Below, one piece after another: positions 25,755 to 35,042 of a DNA stretch of 64,000 bases (its first letter is position 1; the number at the start of each line of letters is the position of its first letter). The position numbers and the translations under genes are program-made. Source of the stretch: an uncultured Owenweeksia sp. Its GTDB lineage: Bacteria > Bacteroidota > Bacteroidia > Flavobacteriales > Schleiferiaceae. Location: the NCBI GenBank assembly GCA_964504345.1, contig CAZDDX010000006.1, forward strand, positions 14,754-78,753, given 5' to 3'. The notes beneath the pieces were generated by a model. That model saw only the letters and a program-made list of their open reading frames with translations. It ran no database searches and was not told the DNA's origin.

Positions 25755-27566
25755 ATGCTTCCGGATCTGCAAGGCATGAAATTGCCGGAGCTCAAGCAGC
25801 TCGGCGAAAATTTGGGTATTCCCAAAGCCAAATATTTAAGCAAGCCCCAACTCATTGAAGCCATTGGCGGATTGGGGGCGGCGTCCTCTTCCAACGCATC
25901 CAGCAATGCTGCTTCTGGTGATGCAGTAGCTGCTCCTAATCCTACGAAGGGAAAACGCGGTCGTCCCAGTAAATCAAGCGTTGCAGCGGAATTGCCGCTG
26001 GAGGTTTCCGTTTCATCCGTGCCGACCTATTCGGAAGACGCGTCGATTAATGCGTTACCTAAGGCGGACGATGGTGCCACCGGAGAACGGACCGAACGAG
26101 TCATCAGGGAAGAGCGTTGGGAGCGTCGGGACCGACGTGATCGCCCCGCGCGAACGGAACGCGGAACCGATGAAGGCCCTGCAGAATACAACGGATCGCC
26201 CCGTGAGGAACGCGCTCCGCGCGAAGACCGCGGACCACGTGAAGATCGCGGCCCGAGAAACGACCGCGCCCCGCGCGAAGACCGCGGACCACGTGAAGAG
26301 CGTGGCCCACGCGAAGAGCGTGCGCCCCGCGAAGACCGCTGGGAACGTCGGGACCGCAACGATCGCGGACCGCGCGACGATCGCGGACCTCGGGAGGAAC
26401 GCGCTCCGCGCGAAGACCGTGCGCCGCGTGAAGAACGCAAACGCTTTGAATTCGAGGCCAACATCCCCACCGAAGGTGTGTTTGAGCAAATGCCCGAAGG
26501 ATTTGGTTTTCTGCGCTCGTCGGACTACAACTACCTGAACTCCCCGGACGACGTTTACGTTACGTCGCAGCAAATCAAGCAGTACGGCCTGAAGACGGGC
26601 GACACCGTCCGCGGTGAAGTGCGCGCACCCCGCGAGGGAGACAAGTACTTCCCGCTGATCAAAGTCCTGTTGATCAACGGCCGGGACCCAGACTTCATTC
26701 GGGACCGCGTAGCCTTTGAACACCTTACGCCTTTATTCCCCGAGGAAAAATTCAATTTAACCGGGCGTCGGAGCACCTTGAGCACCCGCGTGATCGACTT
26801 ATTCTCCCCCATTGGCAAAGGGCAGCGCGGCTTAATTGTGGCGCAACCGAAAACGGGTAAAACCACTTTGCTCAAGGAAGTGGCGAATGCCATCGCCGCC
26901 AACCACCCAGAAGCCTACATGATCATCCTCTTGGTGGACGAACGGCCGGAAGAAGTGACAGACATGGCCCGCTCGGTCAACGCGGAAGTGGTGGCCTCCA
27001 CTTTTGACGAACCTGCGGAACGCCACGTTCGGGTGGCCAACATCGTCTTGGAAAAAGCCAAGCGTTTGGTGGAATGCGGGCACGACGTCATCATTCTTTT
27101 GGACTCTATAACGCGTTTGGCGCGGGCCTACAACACCGTGGTTCCTGCCTCCGGAAAGGTACTCTCCGGCGGTGTGGACGCGAATGCCTTGCACAAGCCC
27201 AAACGCTTTTTTGGCGCCGCGAGAAATATTGAAAACGGCGGATCGTTGACCATCTTGGCCACCGCCTTGATCGACACCGGCTCCAAAATGGACGAGGTTA
27301 TTTTTGAAGAATTCAAGGGAACCGGCAACATGGAAATGCAGTTGGACCGCAAGATTGCCAACCGCCGCATTTGGCCGGCCATTGACCTCATTGCGTCGGG
27401 CACCCGGAAGGAAGACATGCTGTTGTCCAAAGAGGTGCTGAGCCGGATGTACATTCTGCGCCGCCACCTGTCGGACATGACGCCGGTTGAGGCCATGGAA
27501 TTTTTGCACGATCAACTGAGCAAAACCCAAAGCAACGAAGAGTTTTTGGTCTCCATGAATCGTTGA
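25755..27566 (+). CDS. rho: transcription termination factor Rho with a roughly 190-aa N-terminal insertion
   Basis: N-terminal [15 protein letters not shown], then a low-complexity insert, then the OB/CSD region [12 protein letters not shown], then the RecA core [15 protein letters not shown] and C-terminal [14 protein letters not shown]. Confidence 0.95.
   Translation: MLPDLQGMKLPELKQLGENLGIPKAKYLSKPQLIEAIGGLGAASSSNASSNAASGDAVAAPNPTKGKRGRPSKSSVAAELPLEVSVSSVPTYSEDASINALPKADDGATGERTERVIREERWERRDRRDRPARTERGTDEGPAEYNGSPREERAPREDRGPREDRGPRNDRAPREDRGPREERGPREERAPREDRWERRDRNDRGPRDDRGPREERAPREDRAPREERKRFEFEANIPTEGVFEQMPEGFGFLRSSDYNYLNSPDDVYVTSQQIKQYGLKTGDTVRGEVRAPREGDKYFPLIKVLLINGRDPDFIRDRVAFEHLTPLFPEEKFNLTGRRSTLSTRVIDLFSPIGKGQRGLIVAQPKTGKTTLLKEVANAIAANHPEAYMIILLVDERPEEVTDMARSVNAEVVASTFDEPAERHVRVANIVLEKAKRLVECGHDVIILLDSITRLARAYNTVVPASGKVLSGGVDANALHKPKRFFGAARNIENGGSLTILATALIDTGSKMDEVIFEEFKGTGNMEMQLDRKIANRRIWPAIDLIASGTRKEDMLLSKEVLSRMYILRRHLSDMTPVEAMEFLHDQLSKTQSNEEFLVSMNR
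26199..26442 (+). repeat. 18-nt (hexapeptide) tandem repeat inside rho
   Basis: Eight in-register P-R-(E/N)-(E/D)-R-(A/G/W) units are followed by about five degenerate R/D/E/P/G units. The 29-nt exact duplicate ccgcgcgaagaccgcggaccacgtgaaga occurs at 26217-26245 and 26271-26299. Confidence 0.9.
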
Positions 27567-27612
27567 CCCGACGGTTTCAACGAACGGCGCTTTCGGAAGA
27601 AATCGCTCACAT

Positions 27613-27647
27613 TACGCCGCTTTGCTCCGCAAAGCGGCGTATTTTTT
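27613..27647 (+). terminator. intrinsic terminator after rho
   Basis: 13-bp perfect stem TACGCCGCTTTGC/GCAAAGCGGCGTA, loop tcc, then TTTTTT. Confidence 0.8.
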
Positions 27648-27658
27648 GGGCCCCAAAA

Positions 27659-28582
27659 CTACTTTTTCCGCATCCAGCGGTACGTCTTCCCCTCTTCCGC
27701 CAAAAGCGTTTGCCCAAAGACGGGCAATGCTTCCTGGAGCAGTACCCCGCGGTCCCGGTAGCGAATGGAGAAATGCCCCAGCAAGAGTTGCCCTACTCCT
27801 GCTTCAGCGGCAATTTTTGCCGCATCCGCGGCCGTTGAATGCAGGGTTTTTTGGGCCAAAACTCGATGCTCTTCCGCAAACGTGCTTTCGTGGTACAAGG
27901 CGTCAACCCCTTGGATCCATGCGGGCAATTCCGGCAAGTACGCAGTATCGCTGGCGTAGGCATAAGACAGCGGACGTACCGGTTCCCGCGTCAATTCCGC
28001 ATTGGGCACCACCACACCCTCCTCGTTCGTCCAATCACGTCCCAACTGCAAGGTTCGGTAATCGCACGTCGGCACGTTCCAAGCGGCGAGGGCGTCGGAC
28101 CGCAAACCGCGCAAGCCCACCTGAGCCTCAATTTTGAACCCCGTGGTGGGCAGCGAGTGGCGGAGTGGGAAGGTGAAGATGGAGAGCTGCTCGTCCGAAA
28201 AAACCCGTCGTAAAGGCTCTGAATCCGTAGACACAAAGTGCAGTGGATAGCAGGTCCACGTGCCGCTGGTTTTGAGTGTGGCACGCACCCACTCCTCCAG
28301 TGCGGGCGGGCCTACCAATACCAAGGGTTCTCTCCGGCCCAGCAAGTGGAAGGTGCTCAACAAACCCGGCAGGCCAAACACGTGATCGCCGTGCATGTGG
28401 CTGATGCACACCACCTGAATGCGCGTGAATTTGATCTTGTTCCGGCGCAGCTGCACTTGGGTTCCCTCCCCGCAATCGATCAACACCAATCGACCGTTGA
28501 CCTCCACCACTTGGGCAGACGGATTGACGGTAGCCGCCGGTGTGGCCGCACCGCAGCCCAGGATGGTAACGGATAGTGACAT
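27659..28582 (-). CDS. rnz: ribonuclease Z
   Basis: The internal ATG gives MSLSVTILGCGAATP...LIDCGEGTQ...ISHMHGDHVFGLPGLL (metallo-beta-lactamase HxHxDH). Confidence 0.9.
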   Translation of the reverse strand: MSLSVTILGCGAATPAATVNPSAQVVEVNGRLVLIDCGEGTQVQLRRNKIKFTRIQVVCISHMHGDHVFGLPGLLSTFHLLGRREPLVLVGPPALEEWVRATLKTSGTWTCYPLHFVSTDSEPLRRVFSDEQLSIFTFPLRHSLPTTGFKIEAQVGLRGLRSDALAAWNVPTCDYRTLQLGRDWTNEEGVVVPNAELTREPVRPLSYAYASDTAYLPELPAWIQGVDALYHESTFAEEHRVLAQKTLHSTAADAAKIAAEAGVGQLLLGHFSIRYRDRGVLLQEALPVFGQTLLAEEGKTYRWMRKK

Positions 28583-28622
28583 GCGGTAAAGGTCGGAATT
28601 CGGCAGAGTCCCCGCAAAGCCG

Positions 28623-28630
28623 TATCTTTG
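28623..28630 (+). promoter_or_regulatory. -7 box TATCTTTG for pyrR-pyrB
   Basis: TAnnTTTG match 9 nt upstream of ATG 28640. It overlaps the TTG start used by the ORF track. Confidence 0.5.
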
Positions 28631-28639
28631 ATTCTTGAA

Positions 28640-29191
28640 ATGACGCAGAAACGCTTGTTCGGCCCCGAAGAATTGGGAATCATCCTGCACCGACTGGCGT
28701 GCCAATTGCGAGAATCCCACAGCGATTTCTCCTCCACCGTATTGATTGGACTCCAGCCCCGCGGCATGGCTTTGGCCCGTGCCCTGAGCCAGATTTTGGC
28801 GCAAGACTACGGCCTGAAATCTGTAGCCACGGGCGCTTTAGACGCTACTTTTTTTCGCGATGATTTCCGACGTCGAGAAGAGCCCATCCGCGCCAACCGA
28901 ACGGAAATTGAACATTCCATTGAGGGCAAGCGCGTGGTCTTGATTGACGACGTACTGTACACCGGCCGCACTTTGCGTGCGGCTCTGGACGCCCTCCATG
29001 CCTTTGGACGTCCGCAACGCACCGAACTGCTCGTGTTGATTGACCGTCGGTTCCGACGCGAATTGCCCATCCAACCGGACTACGTGGGCCGCCACGTGGA
29101 TGCCCTGGACACGGAAAAAGTTCGTTTGGAATGGGCTGAAGACGGCAAACTGGAATCTGTTTTTTTGGTATCCGAAACCCCGGCCCCATGA
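28640..29191 (+). CDS. pyrR: PyrR (pyr regulatory protein/uracil phosphoribosyltransferase)
   Basis: GLQPRGMALA, the PRPP motif VVLIDDVLYTGRTLRAA, and PDYVG. Confidence 0.88.
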   Translation: MTQKRLFGPEELGIILHRLACQLRESHSDFSSTVLIGLQPRGMALARALSQILAQDYGLKSVATGALDATFFRDDFRRREEPIRANRTEIEHSIEGKRVVLIDDVLYTGRTLRAALDALHAFGRPQRTELLVLIDRRFRRELPIQPDYVGRHVDALDTEKVRLEWAEDGKLESVFLVSETPAP

Positions 29192-30135
29192 GTACCCTCA
29201 GCGTTCCCCATTTGTTGGGCATCAAAGACCTCACCTCGGAGGATTTGGACCTCATTTTCAAAACGGCGGAGCAGTTCAAAGAGGTGATCAACCGCCCCAT
29301 CAAAAAAGTACCCTCGCTGCGGGACATTACCGTAGCCAACCTGTTTTTTGAAAATTCTACCCGCACGCGCCTATCCTTTGAGCTGGCCGAGAAACGGTTA
29401 TCTGCAGACGTCGTCAACTTCTCTGCAGCACAATCCAGCGTTAAAAAAGGGGAAACTTTGGTGGACACCGTCAACAACATTTTGGCCATGAAGGTGGACC
29501 TGGTGGTGTTGCGACACAGTGCGCCGGGTGCCGCTTATTTTTTGAGCCAGCACGTGGACGCGAGCATCGTGAATGCCGGTGATGGCGCGCACGAACACCC
29601 CACCCAGGCGCTGTTGGATGCCTTTTCCATGCGGGAAGCCTTGGGACGAACGGACCTGAAGGGCGTCAAAGTGGCCATTGTGGGCGACATCCTACATAGC
29701 CGCGTGGCCTTGAGCAACATTTTTTGCTTGCAGAAATTGGGCGCAGAAGTGCTGGTTTGCGGGCCGAATACCCTAATTCCCAAACACCTGCACGAACTTG
29801 GCGTAAACGTGGAGTCGAACCTGAATACCGCATTGGAGTGGGCCGACGTAGCCAACATGCTCCGCGTGCAGCACGAGCGCATGGACCTCCCCTACTTCCC
29901 CAGTTTGCCGGAGTACATTGCGCAATACGGGGTGGACCGAAAGCGCCTGGAGCAATTGTCCCGGATCCCCGTCATCATGCACCCCGGCCCCATCAACCGC
30001 GGCGTGGAACTGTCCTCAGATGTTGCAGATTCCGAACATTCCATTATCTTGCAGCAGGTTGAGAACGGCGTAGCCATCCGAATGGCGGTACTGTACCTCT
30101 TGGCCGCACAACGAACACCGCATTATACCTCCTGA
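29188..30135 (+). CDS. pyrB: aspartate carbamoyltransferase catalytic subunit
   Basis: FFENSTRTRLSFE, HPTQALLD and HPGPINRG motifs. The start overlaps the pyrR stop (ATGA). Confidence 0.95.
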   Translation: MSTLSVPHLLGIKDLTSEDLDLIFKTAEQFKEVINRPIKKVPSLRDITVANLFFENSTRTRLSFELAEKRLSADVVNFSAAQSSVKKGETLVDTVNNILAMKVDLVVLRHSAPGAAYFLSQHVDASIVNAGDGAHEHPTQALLDAFSMREALGRTDLKGVKVAIVGDILHSRVALSNIFCLQKLGAEVLVCGPNTLIPKHLHELGVNVESNLNTALEWADVANMLRVQHERMDLPYFPSLPEYIAQYGVDRKRLEQLSRIPVIMHPGPINRGVELSSDVADSEHSIILQQVENGVAIRMAVLYLLAAQRTPHYTS

Positions 30136-30473
30136 TGTCTTACAAAATCGAATCGAAAGATCGGTTTCTCCACGTGAAATACCTGGGCGATCTGTTCGAC
30201 GCAGCCGCGCTTAAAGAATTGGGCACGCTTTTGGATGGTAAACCGCAGGCACACGTGGTGGTGAATCTTCTTTCTGTGGAAGAATTCGACAGCACCGAGC
30301 CGTTGCAAGACTTTCAAGCCGACCGAATGGAACAGAACCTCACCTGCGTCTTGGTGGTGCGTGAGGCCATGCTTTATTTGTTCGACGAAGAAGCTCCGGT
30401 GGTACCCACGTACCAAGAAGGTGTGGATTTCTTCGAGATGGAAGACCTGCAACGAACGTTGTTAGAAGAATAA
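30135..30473 (+). CDS. hypothetical acidic protein (possibly STAS-like)
   Basis: 112-aa ORF whose start overlaps the pyrB stop by 1 nt. I recognise no motif. Confidence 0.5.
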   Translation: MSYKIESKDRFLHVKYLGDLFDAAALKELGTLLDGKPQAHVVVNLLSVEEFDSTEPLQDFQADRMEQNLTCVLVVREAMLYLFDEEAPVVPTYQEGVDFFEMEDLQRTLLEE

Positions 30474-30476
30474 GCA

Positions 30477-31028
30477 ATGAAAAAATGGACGGTTGCGGCT
30501 TTGCTGGTGTGCACGGCCGCTATGCCTGCATGGGCTCAAGCAATTAAAAAACATGCCTTTGGCGTTCAATTGGGGGCCTACGATTTCACCACCGACTTGT
30601 CCGGCTGGGGGATCGGCAACGGCATCGGCTATACGTACCAACTGAATCCACACATCGGGACTTCTGTTTTCGTGCAGAACGCCTACGGCGAGCGCAACGG
30701 CGACAGCATCATCCCTTCGGATTACGACAGCCGGGTTGCCGGGGGTTGGACGCTCAACGGTTCCCTGTACGGGCAGCAAAGCCCCTTTGATCTCACGTTC
30801 CAAGCGGGCTTGCTCTACGGTCGCACCGTTCGCATGCAGTACAATAGAGAGTGCCCCACTCCTCCCTACTCCGTGTATTCCTCCCATGGTCTTGGACTGG
30901 TACTCGGTGCCGGTGGGGTCTATCGCTTTGGCGATTGGGGACTGGGAATCCAAAACCAGACTACGGTGGACTGGAAAACCCAAGACGTGCGCGCGGGTTG
31001 GTACCTGCACGTGGAGCATCGATTTTAA
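30477..31028 (+). CDS. small outer-membrane beta-barrel protein (signal peptide)
   Basis: MKKWTVAALLVCTAAMPAWAQA signal, alternating aromatic/glycine-rich strands, C-terminal HVEHRF. Confidence 0.6.
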   Translation: MKKWTVAALLVCTAAMPAWAQAIKKHAFGVQLGAYDFTTDLSGWGIGNGIGYTYQLNPHIGTSVFVQNAYGERNGDSIIPSDYDSRVAGGWTLNGSLYGQQSPFDLTFQAGLLYGRTVRMQYNRECPTPPYSVYSSHGLGLVLGAGGVYRFGDWGLGIQNQTTVDWKTQDVRAGWYLHVEHRF

Positions 31029-31079
31029 CTCCCGATAAACAGGGTGTTCAAGGGTCCGGCCTGACGAGCGATTGGCTCG

Positions 31080-32447
31080 TTAAGCCCAAACGCGCGTCCA
31101 TTCGGACACGTCGTTGCCGTCAAAATTTCCCGACGACATCAAGGCTACCACGGTAGGTACGCCGTCCTTTCCCACGGCGTGATCTAGCGCCGTGCGAACA
31201 TCCATGCTGTTGGTGTATACTTCCGGCGACGGAGAACCAAACGCGGCTCCCACTTGCTCGGCGTTCAGTTCGGGCAACTTTTTGTGGGCTACAGCCTGCG
31301 GATTAAAGTACACCAAAGGGACGTCCGCACCGTCCAACGAACCGGCGTACAGCGGCAGAAAATTGGGATTCAAACTGCTAAACGTGTGCAGCTCTAAGCA
31401 CGCCACCACACGACGGTTGGGAAATTGCTCTCGGAGCGCGGCAACGGTTGCTTTTACCTTACTTGGGGCGTGTGCAAAATCTTTGAACGCCAGAACGCGT
31501 GCGTTGCCGGTGGGTAGGGTTTCCAAACGCTTGGATGCGCCTTTGAAGGTGGTGATGGCCTCGTAAAACGTTTCGTCGTCCACGCCCATTTCTTGGGCCA
31601 GCCACCGTGCGGCTTCCACGTTACTGGCGTTGTGGGCCCCAAAAACTTGGAGCGGAACGTCGCCAAGCGGTGTTTCAAGAACCGTCCGTTCGTTTTCCAC
31701 TCGGTAGACCGGGGTTCGGTAAGGTATTTTTTTCAATGGTGAGGAGTCCGACTCCACCACCTCAACCACCACGGGGTCGTCTGCGTTGTAGATCACGGCG
31801 CCGCCTGGCTCCATAGTTCGCAGAAATTGTCGGAACTGCTCCACATACACCTCCAAAGTAGGGAACACGTTGATGTGGTCCCATGCAATACCGGTGATGA
31901 GCGCAATGTTGGCGCGGTACAAATGAAACTTGGGAAGGGGCTCCAACGCTGAACTGAGGTACTCATCGCCTTCCAAAACCATAAACTCAGCCTCGGAGGA
32001 AAGGCGCACCATGGTACTGTACCCTTCCAGAAGGGCACCCACCATAAAATCTTCGCGCCGGCCCGCTCCTTTCAGGGCGTGCAAGAGCATGGACGTTACC
32101 GTGGTTTTGCCGTGGCTTCCGGCTACTACCACCCGTGTTTTGTCTTTGGAAGCCTCGTACAAAAAGGCCGGATAGGAATGAATGGGAAGTCCCAAGGCTT
32201 GGGCGGCCAACAGTTCCGGATTGTCTCCGCGGGCGTGCATGCCCAAGACCACCGCGTCCAAATCAGATGTGATCCGAGTTGGGTCCCAACCTAAGGTAGC
32301 CGGCAGCAATCCGGCGGCCTTCAGGCGACTGGCGGAAGGTTCGAAAATTTCGTCGTCCGAACCCGTAACGCGATCCCCGCGTTCGTGCAAGGCGAGGGCC
32401 AAATTGTGCATGGCGCTGCCCCCAATGGCAATGAAGTGTACGCGCAC
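31080..32447 (-). CDS. mpl: UDP-N-acetylmuramate:L-alanyl-gamma-D-glutamyl-meso-diaminopimelate ligase
   Basis: MRVHFIAIGGSAMHNLALAL, GSHGKTT and GDEY are Mur-ligase motifs. 455 aa. Confidence 0.9.
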   Translation of the reverse strand: MRVHFIAIGGSAMHNLALALHERGDRVTGSDDEIFEPSASRLKAAGLLPATLGWDPTRITSDLDAVVLGMHARGDNPELLAAQALGLPIHSYPAFLYEASKDKTRVVVAGSHGKTTVTSMLLHALKGAGRREDFMVGALLEGYSTMVRLSSEAEFMVLEGDEYLSSALEPLPKFHLYRANIALITGIAWDHINVFPTLEVYVEQFRQFLRTMEPGGAVIYNADDPVVVEVVESDSSPLKKIPYRTPVYRVENERTVLETPLGDVPLQVFGAHNASNVEAARWLAQEMGVDDETFYEAITTFKGASKRLETLPTGNARVLAFKDFAHAPSKVKATVAALREQFPNRRVVACLELHTFSSLNPNFLPLYAGSLDGADVPLVYFNPQAVAHKKLPELNAEQVGAAFGSPSPEVYTNSMDVRTALDHAVGKDGVPTVVALMSSGNFDGNDVSEWTRVWA

Positions 32448-32449
32448 GG

Positions 32450-33202
32450 TTAAATCTGAATAACGAAGGCGGGTACTAAATTCTGCTTGATTTTAACCGC
32501 TTCGGCAAAATCACCCGGCTTGGTGGGATCCGATTCAATTACAGGCGTTTGCCAAGGGTCAATTCCTTGCAATAGACGATCAATGTTCAGAACGACGTTG
32601 ATGTTGCAGGTGCGGTTTCCACCGATGGAAAAGCCCATCTTGCGCTCAAATTTGGTATTCAAGGCAGGGGTAGCCACCACCAAAGTGAAAGGTTTGGTGG
32701 GCGCCAAGGTATCTCCCGTTTTCCGCATGACCCCAGTGAAGTACATGTGGTTGTAGCCTTTGCCGGCACCGCGGTAGAGCACGCCGTCGCGCAATGGGTG
32801 ATCCTCAGGAAACTGCCCCGGTGCGATTTTAGCGTTGTTGGTGTCTACACCCAAGGTGAAAAAGTGGGTGCCGTTGTAGGCGCCTGCCGGCATTTTCGCC
32901 AAGTAGGCTTCGTTCGTACCAAAAGCGTGCATCGTTACGGTCGTATCTGCGTGCAGAGTGTCCCCGGAGGTACTTACGAAGGTGTAGCCGGAATACAAAA
33001 AGCGTATGTCGGTAAACTTAACTTCCGCCTGGCCGATCGTGTACAGCGAATCAGACGAAAGGAGCTCATTCTCAAAATAGGAGAAAACCTTCAACACAAT
33101 ATTGCGGTCTTCCATCTTTTCGTTTGGATCCACGATGGTGTCCACACAGCCCGCGGACAGTACCGCTGCTGTAACTAAGGTCAGTAAGGAACGTAATTTC
33201 AT
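32450..33202 (-). CDS. hypothetical lipoprotein (weak resemblance to MbnP-like beta-sandwich proteins)
   Basis: Lipobox LSAGC, 250 aa. The family assignment is not secure. Confidence 0.55.
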   Translation of the reverse strand: MKLRSLLTLVTAAVLSAGCVDTIVDPNEKMEDRNIVLKVFSYFENELLSSDSLYTIGQAEVKFTDIRFLYSGYTFVSTSGDTLHADTTVTMHAFGTNEAYLAKMPAGAYNGTHFFTLGVDTNNAKIAPGQFPEDHPLRDGVLYRGAGKGYNHMYFTGVMRKTGDTLAPTKPFTLVVATPALNTKFERKMGFSIGGNRTCNINVVLNIDRLLQGIDPWQTPVIESDPTKPGDFAEAVKIKQNLVPAFVIQI

Positions 33203-33954
33203 TCGGCAATTTGGTTTTTGGGACGGTACGCTGGGCTTTGTTCGATGGCATCCATGATGCGGTCCAACAGGGTCTGAACGTCTTCGTCCGGATGGAGTTC
33301 CAACGGCTTTTTGAACGTTAAAGATAACGTGGTATTTCGTTTTTTCAGGTACAACCCTTTCTTGTCAAATGCTCGGCGAAAACCGTCGAGCACCACCGGG
33401 ACCACAATGGGTTGCGTGTCTTTGATGATGTGCGCCGTGCCGCGCCGCCCGGGGGCAAACGGTTTGGTGGTTCCTTGAGGAAAAGTGATGACCCAGCCGT
33501 ACTGGATGGCCTTGCGGATGTTCTCAATGTCCCGGGGATCCACGCCGCGGTCCACGGTTTTACCGGCCGCCCGCCACGTACGTTTGATACTGATGGAGCC
33601 CGCCAGTGCCAACAAACGCGGCAAAAGTCCGGCTTTCATGGTTTCCTTGGCCGCCACGAAAAAAAGATTGGTTTTTGGAAAACACATCCGCCACCAAGCG
33701 TGTGTTTTTCCGGGCATTCCCCAATACACATGGTTAAAAACCAGGAATAGGGCACTTGCGTCCATGAAGTAAGTCTGGTGGTTGCAGACGAACAACACGT
33801 TGCGGTCCGGCAATCCCGCCAAATGTTCTACGCCGTGTACTTCTGTTTTGTTGACCTTGTTGAGGCGGTACCAAACGACCATTCCGAAGGTGAAAATCAC
33901 CAATCGCTTCAGGAACAACGGGGTGCCAAAGGGGTCGCGTTTGAGTAGTTTCAA
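33199..33954 (-). CDS. plsC: 1-acyl-sn-glycerol-3-phosphate acyltransferase family protein
   Basis: FVCNHQTYFMD (HX4D box) and FPQGTT. The TTG start at 33954 overlaps the upstream stop (TTGA). The longer track ORF extends into the NUDIX gene. Confidence 0.78.
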   Translation of the reverse strand: MKLLKRDPFGTPLFLKRLVIFTFGMVVWYRLNKVNKTEVHGVEHLAGLPDRNVLFVCNHQTYFMDASALFLVFNHVYWGMPGKTHAWWRMCFPKTNLFFVAAKETMKAGLLPRLLALAGSISIKRTWRAAGKTVDRGVDPRDIENIRKAIQYGWVITFPQGTTKPFAPGRRGTAHIIKDTQPIVVPVVLDGFRRAFDKKGLYLKKRNTTLSLTFKKPLELHPDEDVQTLLDRIMDAIEQSPAYRPKNQIAE

Positions 33955-34595
33955 TCGAATTCGTTTGGGAATGCGAAGGTACGTAATTCCCGCAGAGCAA
34001 GGACCTCCGCCAGAATCATGGCCGAGGCGCCCCAGATGGGTTGTGGCCCACCGCCCCAAGCCGGCACAACTCCAGCACGAGGCAAGTCCACCAGTTCTTT
34101 GCGAAATCCCTGCAGCGGCAAAACATGAACACTCGCCACTTCCGACGCGTCCGGCTGCCAGGCCCAAGGAGCGGACAACGCTGCCAAAATCGGCTGTACA
34201 AAGTAACCGGAGGGCGGGATGTACAGCGGGGTCAACGGTCCCAGCACAACAGGTTCCGCAGGCGGAACCCCGAGTTCTTCGTGCGTTTCACGCAGTGCAG
34301 CAGCCACCCAGTCCGCATCCTGTGCCTCCAAACCACCCCCCGGAAAGGCCATTTGCCCGGAATGCACTCCGTCGTACGCGGGTCGTTCAATCAACACCGT
34401 GTGCAGCTGGTTGTTTTGGGGAAACAGCAAGACCAAAACGGCGGCGTGTTTGCTTGCATGCTCCGGTTGCGGTACGGCCGTCATTTGCGGGGCGCGTAAC
34501 GGGGGCGCCAACGCCTTTTGCGCATGAATACCAGGGAGGTCAACGGATTGAGGCCAACGTTTGGCCCAGTTGTGTGCATATTCCCACCAAATCAT
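33951..34595 (-). CDS. NUDIX hydrolase (CoA pyrophosphatase-like)
   Basis: The internal ATG gives MIWWEYAHNW. NUDIX box GGGLEAQDADWVAAALRETHEELG. Confidence 0.8.
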   Translation of the reverse strand: MIWWEYAHNWAKRWPQSVDLPGIHAQKALAPPLRAPQMTAVPQPEHASKHAAVLVLLFPQNNQLHTVLIERPAYDGVHSGQMAFPGGGLEAQDADWVAAALRETHEELGVPPAEPVVLGPLTPLYIPPSGYFVQPILAALSAPWAWQPDASEVASVHVLPLQGFRKELVDLPRAGVVPAWGGGPQPIWGASAMILAEVLALRELRTFAFPNEFD

Positions 34596-34652
34596 GCCCA
34601 AATTTCGGAATAATTGTACGGCTTGGCCGCGTTTTTTTGCGTGCTTTGTAGG

Positions 34653-35042
34653 GTGGAACCGATTTGGGATGATTTGCGCAAGCAATGGGTGCCGAACACC
34701 CCGGAAGAGCGCGTTCGCCAACAAGTGATCGGCTGGTTGCTGGAACGCGGCATCCCGGCGTCGGCCATAGGGATTGAGAAAAAAGTTAGCGTTTACGGAC
34801 GTTTGAAACGATTTGACATATTGGTGTTTCAGAGCGGTTTGCCCTGGCTGGTGGTGGAATGCAAGGCGCCGAACGTACGGCTGAACCAAAAAGTATACGA
34901 CCAAGTGTTCTCCTACCGCCACGCGCTGAACTGTCCTTTGGCACTGGCCACCAACGGGGTGCAGTGGATTTTGTTCCGGCATCGGCCGGATTTACCCGCG
35001 GGAATGGAGGCCCTGCAGGAACTCCCTACCTTTGCCCCATGA
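34653..35042 (+). CDS. type I restriction enzyme HsdR N-terminal domain-containing protein (stand-alone PD-(D/E)xK-like)
   Basis: WVPNTPEERVRQQVIGWL...RFDILVF...WLVVECKAP. The start is uncertain (GTG 34653, or TTG 34614 as in the track). Confidence 0.7.
   Translation: MEPIWDDLRKQWVPNTPEERVRQQVIGWLLERGIPASAIGIEKKVSVYGRLKRFDILVFQSGLPWLVVECKAPNVRLNQKVYDQVFSYRHALNCPLALATNGVQWILFRHRPDLPAGMEALQELPTFAP

Noticed and set aside
26027-26723. Minus-strand ORFs with [12 protein letters not shown] repeats.
   Set aside because: These are mirror images of the rho hexapeptide repeat region. The repeat periodicity creates open antisense frames.
31062-31080. Hairpin CGAGC-gattg-GCTCG between the OM barrel gene and mpl, considered as a terminator.
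   Set aside because: The stem is short and has no T-run on either side, which is too weak to call.
34653-35042. HsdR N-terminal domain protein considered as part of a restriction-modification or defence system.
   Set aside because: It is a small stand-alone domain with no methylase, specificity or helicase genes nearby. It is translationally coupled to the housekeeping rlmI gene.
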